From NCBI RefSeq assembly GCF_000143415.4, contig NW_003314354.1, positions 286,575-350,574 on the forward strand: a stretch of 64,000 nucleotides of DNA, written 5' to 3'. This stretch comes from Selaginella moellendorffii. Lineage: Eukaryota > Plantae > Lycopodiophyta. The translations under genes and the position numbers were made by a program. The notes under the pieces were generated by a model. That model made no database searches and was not told the DNA's origin. It was given only the letters and a program-made list of their open reading frames with translations. Of this stretch, positions 21,943 to 34,431 are shown one piece after another. Each line of letters starts with the position of its first letter. Position 1 is the stretch's first letter.

Positions 21943-24229
21943 ATATATTTGGCATATCATTCTATTCAATTAACAATGCTTCAACGGGAAGAGCTCACAT
22001 CTTGTAATCACCAAAGTCATTTCCCTGGTTTTTGTTCTAGTTGCTTCGTTTTCTTTCCTGGCCTGGAGCTATCAGCCTCATCCTCTTCCTCCAGGTGAGC
22101 AGGAAAGAAATATCTTCTTTCAATCTACAGATGGATTCTTCAGAAGTTCGCGGATCTTCGGTCTTGATCGGGCGATGTCACTGCACCATGTCCAAGCTCC
22201 CACCATAAACTCCATTATCTGATGGAGTTTCTGAAGGGAGAGGTCTGTTTCCTCCTTCCAGACAACTGGAAAACTAATAAGCACCAGAAAGACAGCTCCA
22301 ACATACGCAGGTAAGAAAATTGAGCACTCAAGATATTAGATGCGTCGATGCGTATCCTCCAAGCGTTGCTTCAGAGATCGCCACTGCGATCACGATGGTG
22401 CTCAAAGGCGTATCGTCTTTCAGGACTGTAAGCGGCACCTTCAAATTTACTGGCTTAGAGAAAACTCGTATATGCAGAGGTATGCGTACGCTAGAGAGGT
22501 GAGACGCTCAGATTTAAAACTAATGGCTTTTTAAGTTCCTGAGCGATTTCGATTTTCTTGTTTCTCGACAGATCAAGGACGCGAGGAAAGTTGGAAGAGA
22601 TGTTCTAAAACACACTAACGAATCCAGAAGCTTTTGCATAGGTTTGGATTTCCTCAATCTCATGGTTTTGTGCCAGCAGGCAGCAAATCAGCATTCTTGG
22701 CCTATTTCGAAGGGTGTGAAGGAGAACTATCTACATGCGAATATTAATATATATATTTAGTTTAAAATATCAATATATACAGATTTTGGAAAAGGCATCA
22801 TATTAGGTTATTAACAATGACATCATGCATACTATGGGCTCTTGCGGGCTGGGAGATGGAGTCACAAAAGGAAGCTCGCAAGCTTAGGGAATCAGCACAA
22901 AGGTCGAAAAGCAAAACAGGATGGCTTCTCCGAGCGTTGCTGTCATTGTCGCAGAGGATGAGAGGAGAAGGCGATGGATCATCAAAATGATCAATTGTGG
23001 CTAGATTTTTTAAAGGATTGAATCGAGCGATTTTTTTTTTTTATGTCTGTCTATAATGGTAGTGATGTTGGCAGCCGTTGGATCGTCATCAAAGAGGCGT
23101 CACCACCACCGCATGCTAACGCAGGGAACAAAGGTATCCCATCCGCATCTGGATGTTGGCATGACATCTGACATCGAGGATCTTACAGAAGGCGCCTCCT
23201 CCGATGCCATAAGATCCATTGGCCATAAGGTTTAAAATTTAGATTAATGAAATAACTCTTTAAAGGGATCATTGATTGAACCATCATTTTATGATTTTTT
23301 ATTGCTGCACAGTCTCTATCTTCGACTGAGGAATTCTATAATATCATCACACATCCATATTCCACTTTTCTGGATTTTTAAATTGTTTATAATCAATATT
23401 TCAAACTCCTCTTTTTGGTTTCCTTAAGCAAACTTATGGATATATCTAAAATATTCTTGGATATTCTAGAATATTTTACCATCTAACAGTTGTTATTCAT
23501 TTGGATTAATTTCATTTTTATAATTTATAAACATGTTTATAATCTATAAACTTTATTAATCACTTTCTAGTATATTTTAGTTTATTCTACCATCTAATGG
23601 TTGATATTCAATAAAATTAATCTTGTGTTTATAAATTATAAACATGTAAAGTTCCACTATAAAGCAAACCATGGAACGTGCAGCAAATTATCAGATTATA
23701 CACCGAAAAATAACCAGTTTTAAAACTTTATTTAAATATTTGCCTCTAGTCGTCAGTTTTAATGCCCCTCAGATCTGACGTGTTTGTGACGTGCCAGACG
23801 GGCTGGCGTCAGGAACCCTAGAACAACAAAGTCTTGAAAGGCTGTTCACAACAGAGGAAGACAAAGGCTTTTGACAACATTGTTCTTGAGTTGGCACTAT
23901 GCTTCTCATTTTATCTTATCATTATTATTATATATAAATTATGGTTCTTTATTTAGTATATTTTAATAACAATATTATCAATGTTTCTCTTATATGATAT
24001 TATTTTTTTCCTTCTCATCAATATTTTGTACATATTTTATGGCACTCTGAGAACACTCTGTCATTCTCAACTCGGATTGGTCTTCGAAGATTTTAGCTGA
24101 ATTTTAGTCCCATCCTACGATCGCAAAATCAGGCGTAATCAGCACGGTTGAGAGAAGGAAATACATGAAATCTGTATATAATTTACCAGCATGTCGCTGT
24201 TGGACAAGTTATCAAAGAGCGAACCCTCT

Positions 24230-24660
24230 ACGACGGGCCATCCTCCGAGATTTACAGCATGAACCGGTGCCTGGCCTGTGACGAGTATGACTGTATCTCA
24301 GATAAATCCCTCTGTGGCATCGGCGGCATCTTCTCAAACACTTCAGCCACCTCGCAACAATTCCCATGTTGGCCATATAGCACGGCAGGAGATTAGTTTT
24401 CTCCATGGAATCTTGGGCTTTGTCACACTGGTGATAATCTCCGTAAGCTCTTAGCAAAAGAGTACTAGACACTACAGTTGTTAATACTCTCAAACGCTTG
24501 GGACATATACACACTGATCAATGGTTGCTTTGTTGGACATATCCCTGGGTCATCAAATTACAAGATGCCAGGAAATACTGCTCTGCAGCATCTTGTCAAA
24601 GACACTGGCTTCATCTTGTCAAAGATGATCACCAGAGCAGTATTTCCTGGACAAATCCTG
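24230..24660 (-). pseudogene. Degraded tandem partial duplicate of the adjacent PPR gene
   Basis: 24298-24620 matches 25436-25750 (for example gataaatccctctg.ggcatc and tctccgtaagctcttagca) with indels. Confidence 0.85.
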
Positions 24661-24756
24661 AAATGAATTTAAAGGTCTCCCACTGGAATTTGCAAAGAAT
24701 GAATAATTTATGGCCTTTAGTGTGTGAGAGAGTACTTTTCGAATTATCTAATTACC

Positions 24757-26823
24757 TTACTGAACCTGCTTTATGCCTTCGAGGTGCATTCTCTGGAAGA
24801 GTTTCAAAGCCTGTCTCTTGTGCCCGTTTGCAGCAAAAGCCGTGACAATACCAGACCATGCTTCCTGGCCTCGCTCCTGCAACCCATCGAAAACCAGCAT
24901 TGCTTCCTCGAACTGCTTGTAGCGAGCATACATCTCGATCAAAGCAATAGCAACCAGCGGATCAAACTGCAAAATCCCGCTGTCCAAGATACTATCGTGG
25001 ATGATCTTCCCCTCGCAGGCGCTTCCACAAGCCTCTAAGATCCTCACGAACGCCACTTTGTCGGGCTTGACGCCCTCCAAGTCCATTTCTCTAAACGCTT
25101 GCATCGCATCTCTGAAACTCCCATGTTGGGTGTAAGCAGCGATCATTACCGTCCAAGTCCCCAGCTCTTTCTGAGGCAGCTCGTTAAACACAGCCTTTGC
25201 GCCTCCAAGATCTCCCTTCTGGGAAAATGCGATGATCAGAGAGTTGACAGAAGCCGCACTCCACTGGGGCATGCTTAGAAAAATCCACACTGCGCGATCG
25301 AGGTGCTCGGCTTGACAGTATGCGGCTACCATCGAGCTCCAAGCCAGAGAATTTTTCCTGGGAATTTCTTCAAAGGCCTTGCAAGCGTCTTCAATCCTTC
25401 CATTCTCACCATAAACTGATACCATTACGATCCAAGCAGATAAATCCCTCTGCGGCATCTTCTCAAACACTTCAGCCGCCTCGTAAATATGCCCGTTTTG
25501 GGCATATGCCTCAACCATAGCACTCCACGGCAGGAGATTCTTTTTCTCCATGCAATCAAACATTTCTTGAGCTTCGTCACACAGGTGATTTTCTCCGTAA
25601 GCTCTTAGCATAAGAGTGGTAGACACTGCATTTGTCACAGGAATACTCTCAAACGCCAACCTTGCTTGGGGCATATACCCGTTTTGGGCATATCCTTGGA
25701 TCATCGCATTACAAGATGCCAAGAAATGCTGCGGCATCTTGTCAAAGACACTCCCGGCTTGGAGGACAAATCCCGACCGCACGTATGCCTGCACCAGTGT
25801 CGTCCAACACACGGCATCTCTCCGAGGAACGTGGTCGAAGATATCCCGACATGCCTGGAGATTCCCAACCAGAGAATATCCCGAGATCAAGTGTGTCCAG
25901 GTGATGATATCCCTCTGGGGAGCGTCGTTGAGCAAACAGTGCGCCGTTTCTACCAGCGATAGACGACAGTAGCCACTGATGAGCGCATTCCAGGTGATTA
26001 GATCTCGCTGTGGCATCCGATCGAATAAGAGCTGGGAATAATCAAGATGCCCGGTGGAGGCGAGCGATTGTAGCACTGCGTTCCAAGAGGCTTCGTTCTT
26101 GGCAGGCATTGCGTCAAACAAGGCTTTGGAAGATTCAGTCCCCAGATCCCCGCTATCGGAATATGCAGAGATCATAGCGTTCCATGCAACAATATCACGA
26201 AATGGCATTAGATTGAAAAAGTCCTCGGCTTCGATGGTCTGGCCGTCTTGCGCAAGAGCTTTGATCATCAAAGTCCAGGTAATAACGTCCCGAAGATCCA
26301 TTTGATCAAACACTCGCTTGGCATTGACAATATGCCCGTTTTGGGCATATGCTGCGATCATCGTGTTGCAAGAGATAGTGGTGGGCTTCTTAATCTGAAA
26401 GAACGTTGCGAATGCACTAACCACGTCCCCGCAATTTCCATACATCTGCACGAGATGGTTCTCCAAAAATGTGCGATCGCCTCGCCAGTGCTGGAGAATA
26501 TGGCCGTGGACGCACTTCCCCTCTTCCAGCGATTTGGAGGCTCCACATTTCTTGAGAAGATTTGCGTACGTTGCTGCATCCAAGGGAATGTCCCAGCTCT
26601 CGAGCGCCTGGATTGCATCCTTGAGGCTTTTGGACTGCAACTGAGATGGATCTAATTCTACTTGGCAATTGCCACTGAGGACTCTACTAGCCAGTGTGGA
26701 CCAGATCTCCCACTTTCCATGTCGAAGTGTCTCGCTCATCCATCGCAGGTAGCTTTGTGGAAGGCTACCAAGTGGTTTTCCAATGTGATGTCCAAAATCC
26801 AGCACCCGGTCTTTAATTAGCAT
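24757..26823 (-). CDS. PPR protein with a long run of ~31-aa S/SS motifs and an N-terminal FGxHxG..LP..YLxW domain; no E domain
   Basis: 688 aa ORF with many repeats of the form D.ITW..LI.AY.Q.G....A..VFD.MPQR. N-terminus MLIKDRVLDFGHHIGKPLGSLPQSYLRWMSETLR. Confidence 0.9.
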   Translation of the reverse strand: MLIKDRVLDFGHHIGKPLGSLPQSYLRWMSETLRHGKWEIWSTLASRVLSGNCQVELDPSQLQSKSLKDAIQALESWDIPLDAATYANLLKKCGASKSLEEGKCVHGHILQHWRGDRTFLENHLVQMYGNCGDVVSAFATFFQIKKPTTISCNTMIAAYAQNGHIVNAKRVFDQMDLRDVITWTLMIKALAQDGQTIEAEDFFNLMPFRDIVAWNAMISAYSDSGDLGTESSKALFDAMPAKNEASWNAVLQSLASTGHLDYSQLLFDRMPQRDLITWNALISGYCRLSLVETAHCLLNDAPQRDIITWTHLISGYSLVGNLQACRDIFDHVPRRDAVCWTTLVQAYVRSGFVLQAGSVFDKMPQHFLASCNAMIQGYAQNGYMPQARLAFESIPVTNAVSTTLMLRAYGENHLCDEAQEMFDCMEKKNLLPWSAMVEAYAQNGHIYEAAEVFEKMPQRDLSAWIVMVSVYGENGRIEDACKAFEEIPRKNSLAWSSMVAAYCQAEHLDRAVWIFLSMPQWSAASVNSLIIAFSQKGDLGGAKAVFNELPQKELGTWTVMIAAYTQHGSFRDAMQAFREMDLEGVKPDKVAFVRILEACGSACEGKIIHDSILDSGILQFDPLVAIALIEMYARYKQFEEAMLVFDGLQERGQEAWSGIVTAFAANGHKRQALKLFQRMHLEGIKQVQ

Positions 26824-26998
26824 GTATTCAAATTTTTTTAGCCATCTTACCTTTTCTGATTAAGAAGGCATTTTTATAAACATAAATATGTTTGTAATCT
26901 ATATACACATTAAGTATGTGAAAGGCTAGACTTGAGTTCCTGGTCAACTTTCACACTATTAAAGAACAGCAGCAGAACCAACACCAAAAAATAAAAAA

Positions 26999-28611
26999 AT
27001 GTCTCGCACCTTGTTCGTGCTCGCTCTTTGCATTGCAGACTTGTTCTATACATCCTCTATGATCACAAACTCAAGCTTTTTCATAATCCTCTTTCAGGAA
27101 GGGCATTAATACCTGTCACAGGCGAGAGACACCAGTTCGTGCTGTAAATCTCGGAGTATGACTTGTCGTAGAGGGCTGGATGCAACCATCTTTAGTAACT
27201 TGCCCAACGGCGACATTTTTTGTTCATATCCTCAATTTTCTCGGGCGAATCTCGTAGGATGGGACTATAATTCAGATAAGATATTTGAATACCAATGCAT
27301 ACATCCGAGTTCAGAATGACAGTGTTCATGGGCACGACACCCAGTAGCTTCAGAGTAGGCCATTTCTTTCATATGGCGTTTTCACTTGAATTTGTAAGTT
27401 TAGGTATGGCGCGTCTCTCGTACAACGTTCCAGCTACGAAAGTAAAAGGAATGGAAATTTTCTCAAAGCACTCAAAGCAGGAGGAAGCTATCTTGCAACA
27501 AGCCAAGATGCAAGAGAGTGGGAGACCTTTACATTCATTCGCGGTGAGAATAACAAGGTCCATATCAAGGCATTCGACAATCTACACAGGCAAATAAGTG
27601 GCTTTGTTTCGTAAATTGTGATTTCTCTGCTGTTCTCCATATCTTGTTTTGCTCCCCAGGCCACTGGTGATCAAGTGACTGCTGATTACAAAGGAGACCC
27701 AAGTTGGGAGAATTCCAATCCCGCAGTTTTCTACATGACCAAAACTGGGGATGCTCCGCTTGGAGAATACCAGCTTAGCAATGCTTTCGATAACCGTGCT
27801 GATGCATCTAGAGGCTTACAGGTGATATGATCAAGATGATCTAGCTGGAAATCAAACTCTCGTCATTTCAGGACCACAGATCTGATCCAAGACCTCCTCC
27901 ACCTTATGTAGCAGGCTCGCTTGCAGCTTTAGACAATGCTTTTACATGGGCAGAGTAAGAAAATGATTAAATCCATCTTTTTCTTTTCTCGATTTATTTT
28001 ATAGGAGCACTGGCATTAAAATCATCATCGATCTCCACGCAGGTGAGGAAGCGCACAGTGACGGAACCTCAAAAACTGGAATCCCTCCGCATCGCCATAG
28101 ATTTTCTAGCTCGAAGGTAACTTGTAAACTTTGTCAAGTATCTCACAACCAGGTACTTAGAAATATTCCAGGGACGTGAAGGTTATCTTGTGCCAGTTTG
28201 TTCCGGGAGATTCCAAGGATGTTTCCAAACTTATGCCACCGGGTGCTTTAAATGTGGTCTTGGATGTTCATCCTTATACTGCCTACAGCAAACTGAGTTC
28301 AACCCAGGCAAACATCAACCATGTCAACACCTACTTCAAGAACATAATATCTTCTCTGAGCGCTGTGAATGGAGCCCAAGTCTTTGTTGGTAAGAAGAGT
28401 TGTTTGTGATCTGATGATAATATGCTGGCACCCAGGGGAATGGTCTAACGTATTATCTTCGGGAGACGGGAACGATGCTAACTACATCAGGCTGGGTAAG
28501 GCACAACTGCAAGTGTTCTCCAAAGCATCATTGACTTACCGGTCGTTCAGAAACTTTGATTACAGAAAGAAGTGGTCGTTCGAAAAGAGCACTTTACCAT
28601 ATCGAAATGAA
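26999..28611 (+). pseudogene. Glycoside hydrolase family 5 pseudogene (nearly full exon series)
   Basis: Signal-like MSRTLFVLALC; RPVRAVNLGV*LVVEGWMQPS with an in-frame stop; VTADYKGDPSWENSNPAVF, GEYQLSNAF, GIKIIIDLHA, NVVLDVHPY, VFVG|EWS. Frameshifts present. Confidence 0.85.
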
Positions 28612-29048
28612 TAGTTGTGATTATTATTTATATTGTTTTAATTATAACTCGATAATTCTGATTACAAGCTAGTCAAAGAAAGTTTACATAAAGAAGAATG
28701 AAATATATTATAAGCTTGACCGGTCAAACTAAATGTATGACCTTGTAGGCTTAGCGTGATCGATAGCAACTCCAACAGTGCCTATCATTCGATGAAAGAA
28801 TGGGCAAACCATTGGGCGGTGGTGGCCTATTAAAACGCCGCCAAAGGCGAATCCTTGTCGCTTTCCTACGCGTACGGAAGACAATGGTACCACGCTCCGT
28901 TCGTACAGCGTGAGGTAAGTTCTTTTTCCTTTCACCGTGGCCAGTTTCACATTTTTCGATATCTTTCCCGCCTCCTTCTGGCGCGCTTCATTGATCTTTA
29001 GGTCTTTTGGAGGCACCTCGCCAAATCGGATCTGGCTCCTCTAGATTC

Positions 29049-30658
29049 ATGGAAGATCAGTCCAAGAGCGCAAGAAAGAAGATCGAATCGATCAACAGCA
29101 GCAGCGCCGCCAGCGCTACTGCAGCCAGGAGTAGCAGCGGCGGCGGCGGCAAATCGTCGCGGAAGATCAAGAATGGCTCCAGGCGAAGAAAGAAGGGCGG
29201 TATCGCGGCGTGCGCAAGCGGCCGTGGGGCCGATTCGCGGCGGAGATTCGCGACCCTCGCACCAAGGAGCGGCGATGGCTGGGGACATTCGACACGGCCG
29301 AGGATGCGGCCCTGGCCTACGACATCGCGGCTCGATCGATGCGCGGCGCCAAGGCGCGCACCAATTTTTCGCACTACCAGCAGGAGGATAGCGTCCTCAC
29401 GCTCGGCCTGGCGTCGTCGATGATCCAGTCGCTGGATAATCCGGAGATGATCAAGAAGGCCACCTCGGCCGCCTCGCAGGGATGGGATCTTTCGCGCCTC
29501 AACGGCGGCGCCGTGGAGCTCACGGAGCTCGATCCATCGCCGCCAGCTCCGGTACCGCAGCAGCAGCGATCATCGCCGGGCAAGCGCGATTCCAAGCCGG
29601 CGCAGGCTGCTCTTCCCAAGCAATGGCGCATGTACCAGAGGCTGTGCGCTCAAAGGCTCTTTGGCGATGGCGATCACCAGGTCAGGAATTTCAACACGAC
29701 GATCGACAGCAGCGATGTATCGCCCTCCCCGCCCAAGAGGATGCGATCGAGCAAGGCCTTGCCCCTGGCGGCGCAGCCGGCTAGCGGCGATCGAAATATC
29801 GCCGCTAGCCAAGAAATGGGAAAGAAGTCGCCGCCAGCGCCGGCGATATCACTGTGCCCACTCTCGGAGATCCTGAGCTGCAGCGCCAGTAGCAGCAGCA
29901 GTAATCACCACCGCGCCGACGTTCTTCTTCCGCGATTGGAGCAGCCGAGCGGGGGATCCTCGCTGCCCACGTCCGAGGTGTGTAGCCCCGCGAATTCGTC
30001 CGATGGCCACCACTACCACCACCAGCAGCATTCCTCTTCCTCGCTACTGTCCCAGAGCTTGTACGAGGTTTGCTCTGCCGCCATCGCTTGGAATTTCCCC
30101 AAGCCCAATCCCGCGAGGTTTGGAGGAGTGGAGTCCTCCTCGGCGGTAGCGGTTTCGTCCGAAGTTTCCAGCCCGGCGAGCTCCGAGATCCATCACAAGC
30201 GCGACCGCGATCACGAACGCAATCACTACCAGGTTCTCGGGAATCACTACTCTTCTACTTCCTCGCTTGATCATCATCACAGCGTCGCGGGTATCAGTCA
30301 CTCATCGCTCCATCATCCGGGTTTCTTCGCGAGCCAGCTCCACCATCAAAATCCAGTGATGATGGATCATCAGGCCCAGCAGGCTCACGGTTGGGATCAT
30401 CATCATCAGCAGCAGCTCAGCGATCTCAACAGTAACAATCTCCATCGCGATGATCACACTCATCATCACCACCACCACCACCACCTTTTCCATCATCAGC
30501 AACATCACCAGCTCCACCAACAGCAACAGCACCACGATCTAGCACTGCTCCTCGCGGACATGCCACCCATCCCCGAGAATTTGCTCCACGATCTCCAGCT
30601 CCTGCCCGATCTCGATTTCTCGTCGCCATCGGCTGCATCCAGATTCCAGTTTCACTAG
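29049..30658 (+). CDS. AP2/ERF transcription factor, ESR/DRN/LEP-like (group VIII), with an apparent 1-nt frameshift near 29178
   Basis: [57 protein letters not shown] followed by a Ser- and His/Gln-rich tail. The AP2 frame has TAG at 29132, and the ATG at 29049 is in a different frame. Confidence 0.9.
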
Positions 30659-31368
30659 CTCGAATCAAGCACTTGACAAGGAGAGGAAAAGAAAAAAGAA
30701 GCAAAGAGGTTGTAACAGGCTCAAAGTTTTTTGCGCCACCATTCAAAGTTTTCTGGTTTGCTCTGTTTCGCGTGATTTTTTAAATTTAGGGTTCTTGCTA
30801 AACTAGGTCTGGCCACTTTAATAAATTCCGCACCACCTTTCTTTTTCAAAGCAGTCAAACTGAAAGAAAAAGAATGCCTTGATTGTTAAAACAGTGGGAG
30901 TTCTCTGCAACAAACTATAACCCACTGTCTCGATTCCGTTGTTACCAGCTTCTGGCCCAGTGAGAGAGAGGAGAACCTTCTCATTCATGGTGCCGAAATC
31001 CCAAGAACAGGAACAGGCAATTAATTCCCTAGAAGAGAGTGAAAGAAACAAAAAGAAAAAAAAGCTCGTTTTCGCTATCTTGAAAGACAATAACTTCGCA
31101 AATTCGCTGTGTGTCGAGCTGTTTGCTGCGAAAGAGAACCTCGAGATGGAAGCAATGGAGAAAGAGAGAACTTGCCTTTCGCTGGCTGGCTGGCTGGTCT
31201 TTCGGGAGTAATAAATCAATCGTTGCGTCGCCGAGGAGAGAGAGAGAGAGCGAAGAACTTGTCGTCGTGTTGGTGATGGATTTGATTGGACTCTTTTCAA
31301 TCGGTCGCTGCTTCGTAGCTGTTCTATCTCCCCACGCGAACTATTTTTTTGTCTTTCGATCTTTTCGG

Positions 31369-33493
31369 TCAGTTCTGGCATCGGACTTGGTGGTGTTGAG
31401 GCCTCAAAGTCGGCTGGTGCTGGTGCCGCGGCCGTTGCATTCGCTTGCGCCGAGTTACGTCGCCCCATAACCAAGTGTGATGCGTTTGAGCCGCGGCGGC
31501 GGCGCTGCTGCTAGTACTCTGAGACAAACTCCTCGATTTCCTTGGCGGCGGCGGCGTCGCTGCTGTCGTTCTTGTCATCGTCTCAACGGCACTCCCGTTT
31601 GAATGCACCGACTCGCGCAAGCTGCTCCTGCGCGTCCGGGAGCACATCACCTCTTCTTCTTCTTCCTCGTCTTCTTCTTCGCTCTGTTCTTCTTCGACTT
31701 CTTCTGCCGCCACCACCTCGATCTTCTTCTTTCGCCTCCGCTTCTTGTAGTGCTGGTGATCCTTTTCTTTCGTTGCACTCGACAGGGTCCGCTGGAACAG
31801 TGCCGCGATCGTCTTGCCTTTGCTCGGAGACTGATCGTCGTCGCTGACAACGAACTTCCTGCCCGACTTCATCAGCTTCCCACCGCTCTGCTGCTTGAGC
31901 ATCGTCACCACCGACTTGAAAAGCTTCAAGTCGGACACTCCAGGCTTGCTTGCACCCTCGACGTCGCGGTTCTTGCACAGCTTGACTGTCGTGGTGGAGC
32001 AACGAGGAGAAAAGCTGAGTAGAATTGTCGCTGCCCAAGTTATGGTGTCGCTGATAGTCACAAGGTCCAAAGAATCCTCCATTGACATCGTCCTAGCCTT
32101 GCTTAATCCTACCTTGCTAAGTCCCTCCTTTGCCACCGAGTTGATCACTACTGAATTAGTTGTCGAAGCATCCTGGAGCTCGAGGTTTCTAGCCAAATCC
32201 TCTGTGCACGAAGTCCCAGCTCCTAATACTCTGTTTTTCTCAGTAACCTTGCTGTCAATCTTCACTTCCTCGCCAACTTCGCTGCTGGTTTTTCTTCTAC
32301 TCAAAGATTTCTCGCTGTCGACGGCGTGAGTGATGTTGCTTACAATAGTGGCCGTATCGGGCTTTAGAGGTAGATTGTTCTCGACGAGAGGAGGCAGCGG
32401 CTTGCTGGGAATGTTGTTGGCGGAAGAAAACCACGAGGTTCTGGAGGAAAGGTTGCTCTGATTGTGGCCGATGAATGTGTTGTTCTTGAGGATTTCTTGC
32501 GTGATGTACGAGTAAGGCTGCCATGACGGTGCAAAGCTCTTTTCTACGCCAGCGTTTCCATTCGCGTAGCTTTTGGACGCCATAATCATCATCTCAGGAA
32601 TGGCCGCGAAAGTGTTGTAGCCATAGTTTTCTGCTTGATAGCTTTGGCCTGGACAAGAAACGACGGAAAAAACTTAGGCCAAAAAACACGAGAGGAGAGA
32701 GAGAGAGAGAGAGAGAGGATTCTACCTGTAATCTGAAAAACGTTCCATGGATCACCGACTTGCGCTGTTCTTCCAAGATTCTGCATTGGCTAGACTTGAT
32801 TAATATACAGACATACAGACAAAGATACGGAACGCAAACAGATACCTGGCTGATCCACGGCTGGTTTTGGTGCTGCCACTCCAGTCCATTCTTTGCTGCC
32901 GGGAAAGAGGCCCATTGACGATCATCCGAAACTTCCCTGCCGCGGGGAAGAGTTGGAAACAACGCCATCTCTTGCAAAGGCCTGGATGGCTGCTGGTCCT
33001 CCAGCTTAATTTCCCGCAAGTTTATATGACTCGAGTCCCTTCCAGATTTCCCCAAGAAGTTCATCGTGGGATCAGCTGGAAGAGAGTTCCTCGCTCGAGA
33101 GGACGTATCGAACACGTATTCGGTCTCCTCGTCATTGTCGTCAGGAATTTGCTCCAAGTCAAACGTCTTTTGCCTCTTTGCTCGCCTACTAAAACCGCTG
33201 CTATCAATGCGATCCTCCTCTAGGCTGTGGAGGAGATCCCTTGTACCGCATCGCTGATCCCGAGAAGGATTTATCACTCCCATGTCCGTCATGAGAATTT
33301 TCTGCCTCTGGTACAGCCGATGCAATTCACGCACCTATCAAGAACATTCAACCAAAGAAAAAGAGGAAAAGAATCGCTCAAGAAAGGTAAAGAAAGCGGA
33401 AAAAAAAATAAAATTGGAGAATCAATGTACCTGCTGTGTGAAGACTAGCTCCTGGCGAAGCATCGTCTCTCGCAGAAGCTCAATTTCATCCAT
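31369..33493 (-). CDS. DUF863-family plant protein; exons 33493-33431, 33334-32846, 32780-32726, 32648-31369
   Basis: N-terminal LRETMLRQELVFTQQ|VRELHRLYQRQKILM, a TFDLE motif, AATILLSFS and C-terminal WGDVTRRKRMQRPR. The GT-AG introns join in frame. Confidence 0.85.
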
Positions 33494-34112
33494 GGCTAGA
33501 GCAGCCAAATCTTCCTGCCAAGAAAAAAGAAAGGGAAAAAGAAAAGCAAGGAAGAACGTGAGAGAAAGAAAAGTCTAAAATTCTGGTCCCAGCCCCCAAT
33601 TTGCTTGCAAAAGATCCAGGGACAAGAACTATGCCCAGGAAATCATGCGAATTTCAAGCCAAGCCACCACCGCCCTACCTCTGGAACTGGAATGCGCAGC
33701 GGCGGATCCACGCCGCGGCGCCGCTACAATCCGCCTCGATTCACGCCTTCTTGCGCTTCTTGGCGGCGATTCGCGGAGGAAGAAGAAGAAGAATCGAAGA
33801 GATCCCCCCAAAATCTCCGTCGCCGTCGTCGTCTGGCGCCGCAGGAGCCCCTGGACGGCATCTAGGCGCGGATCGAGCGCCCAGCAGCTGGATAAACAAG
33901 GCGAGGAGAAGATGCCACGAAAGATCTGAGCGGAGAGCGAGAGCGCTTGGCTTGCTTGTGTCAGTCAGAGAATTCACCACAGTGGACAAGGGGCCACCAC
34001 TCTCTACACGCAAGCCTTGTTTATCAGCTTAATCCCACACCCGATTAGGGCTAAGCGCCCCCACGATTAGCGGGTAAGCCGAATCTAGGAGGGATTCGCC
34101 CGACATCCGCTT

Positions 34113-34140
34113 CCGCGCGGACGTGGCGCGTGACGTGTAT
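34113..34140. promoter_or_regulatory. ABRE/G-box-like cluster upstream of the DUF863 gene
   Basis: ccgcgcggACGTGGCgcgTGACGTGT: two ACGTG cores plus CGCG elements within 28 bp. Confidence 0.35.
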
Positions 34141-34431
34141 GCCAGCGAGGAGAGAGAGTGAGCGCTACTCAATCTTTTTTTTTTTTGCCTTTTTTGTTCT
34201 GTCTAAATTTTTTTTTTCCTTCGTTACAAAATCGCGACTTTCGAGGGATCGCTTCTTTCCGTAGGGGCGGTGTTCTTCACGTACAAATCGAATCGATCGA
34301 TTATTTGCGGAGATGGGTGATGGAATGGTGAGTTTTTCTCTCCTCTTTTTTTTTTTCGCTCTTTCTGGCGTGGTGTGATCTTCGTTGTTCTTCGTTGTTC
34401 GTTCGTCGTCGTTATCATCTTGCTTGCTTTT

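Noticed and set aside
30818-31474. 218-aa minus ORF overlapping the end of the DUF863 gene
   Set aside because: Runs through low-complexity 3' UTR sequence (CT repeats, poly-T); no coding signature.
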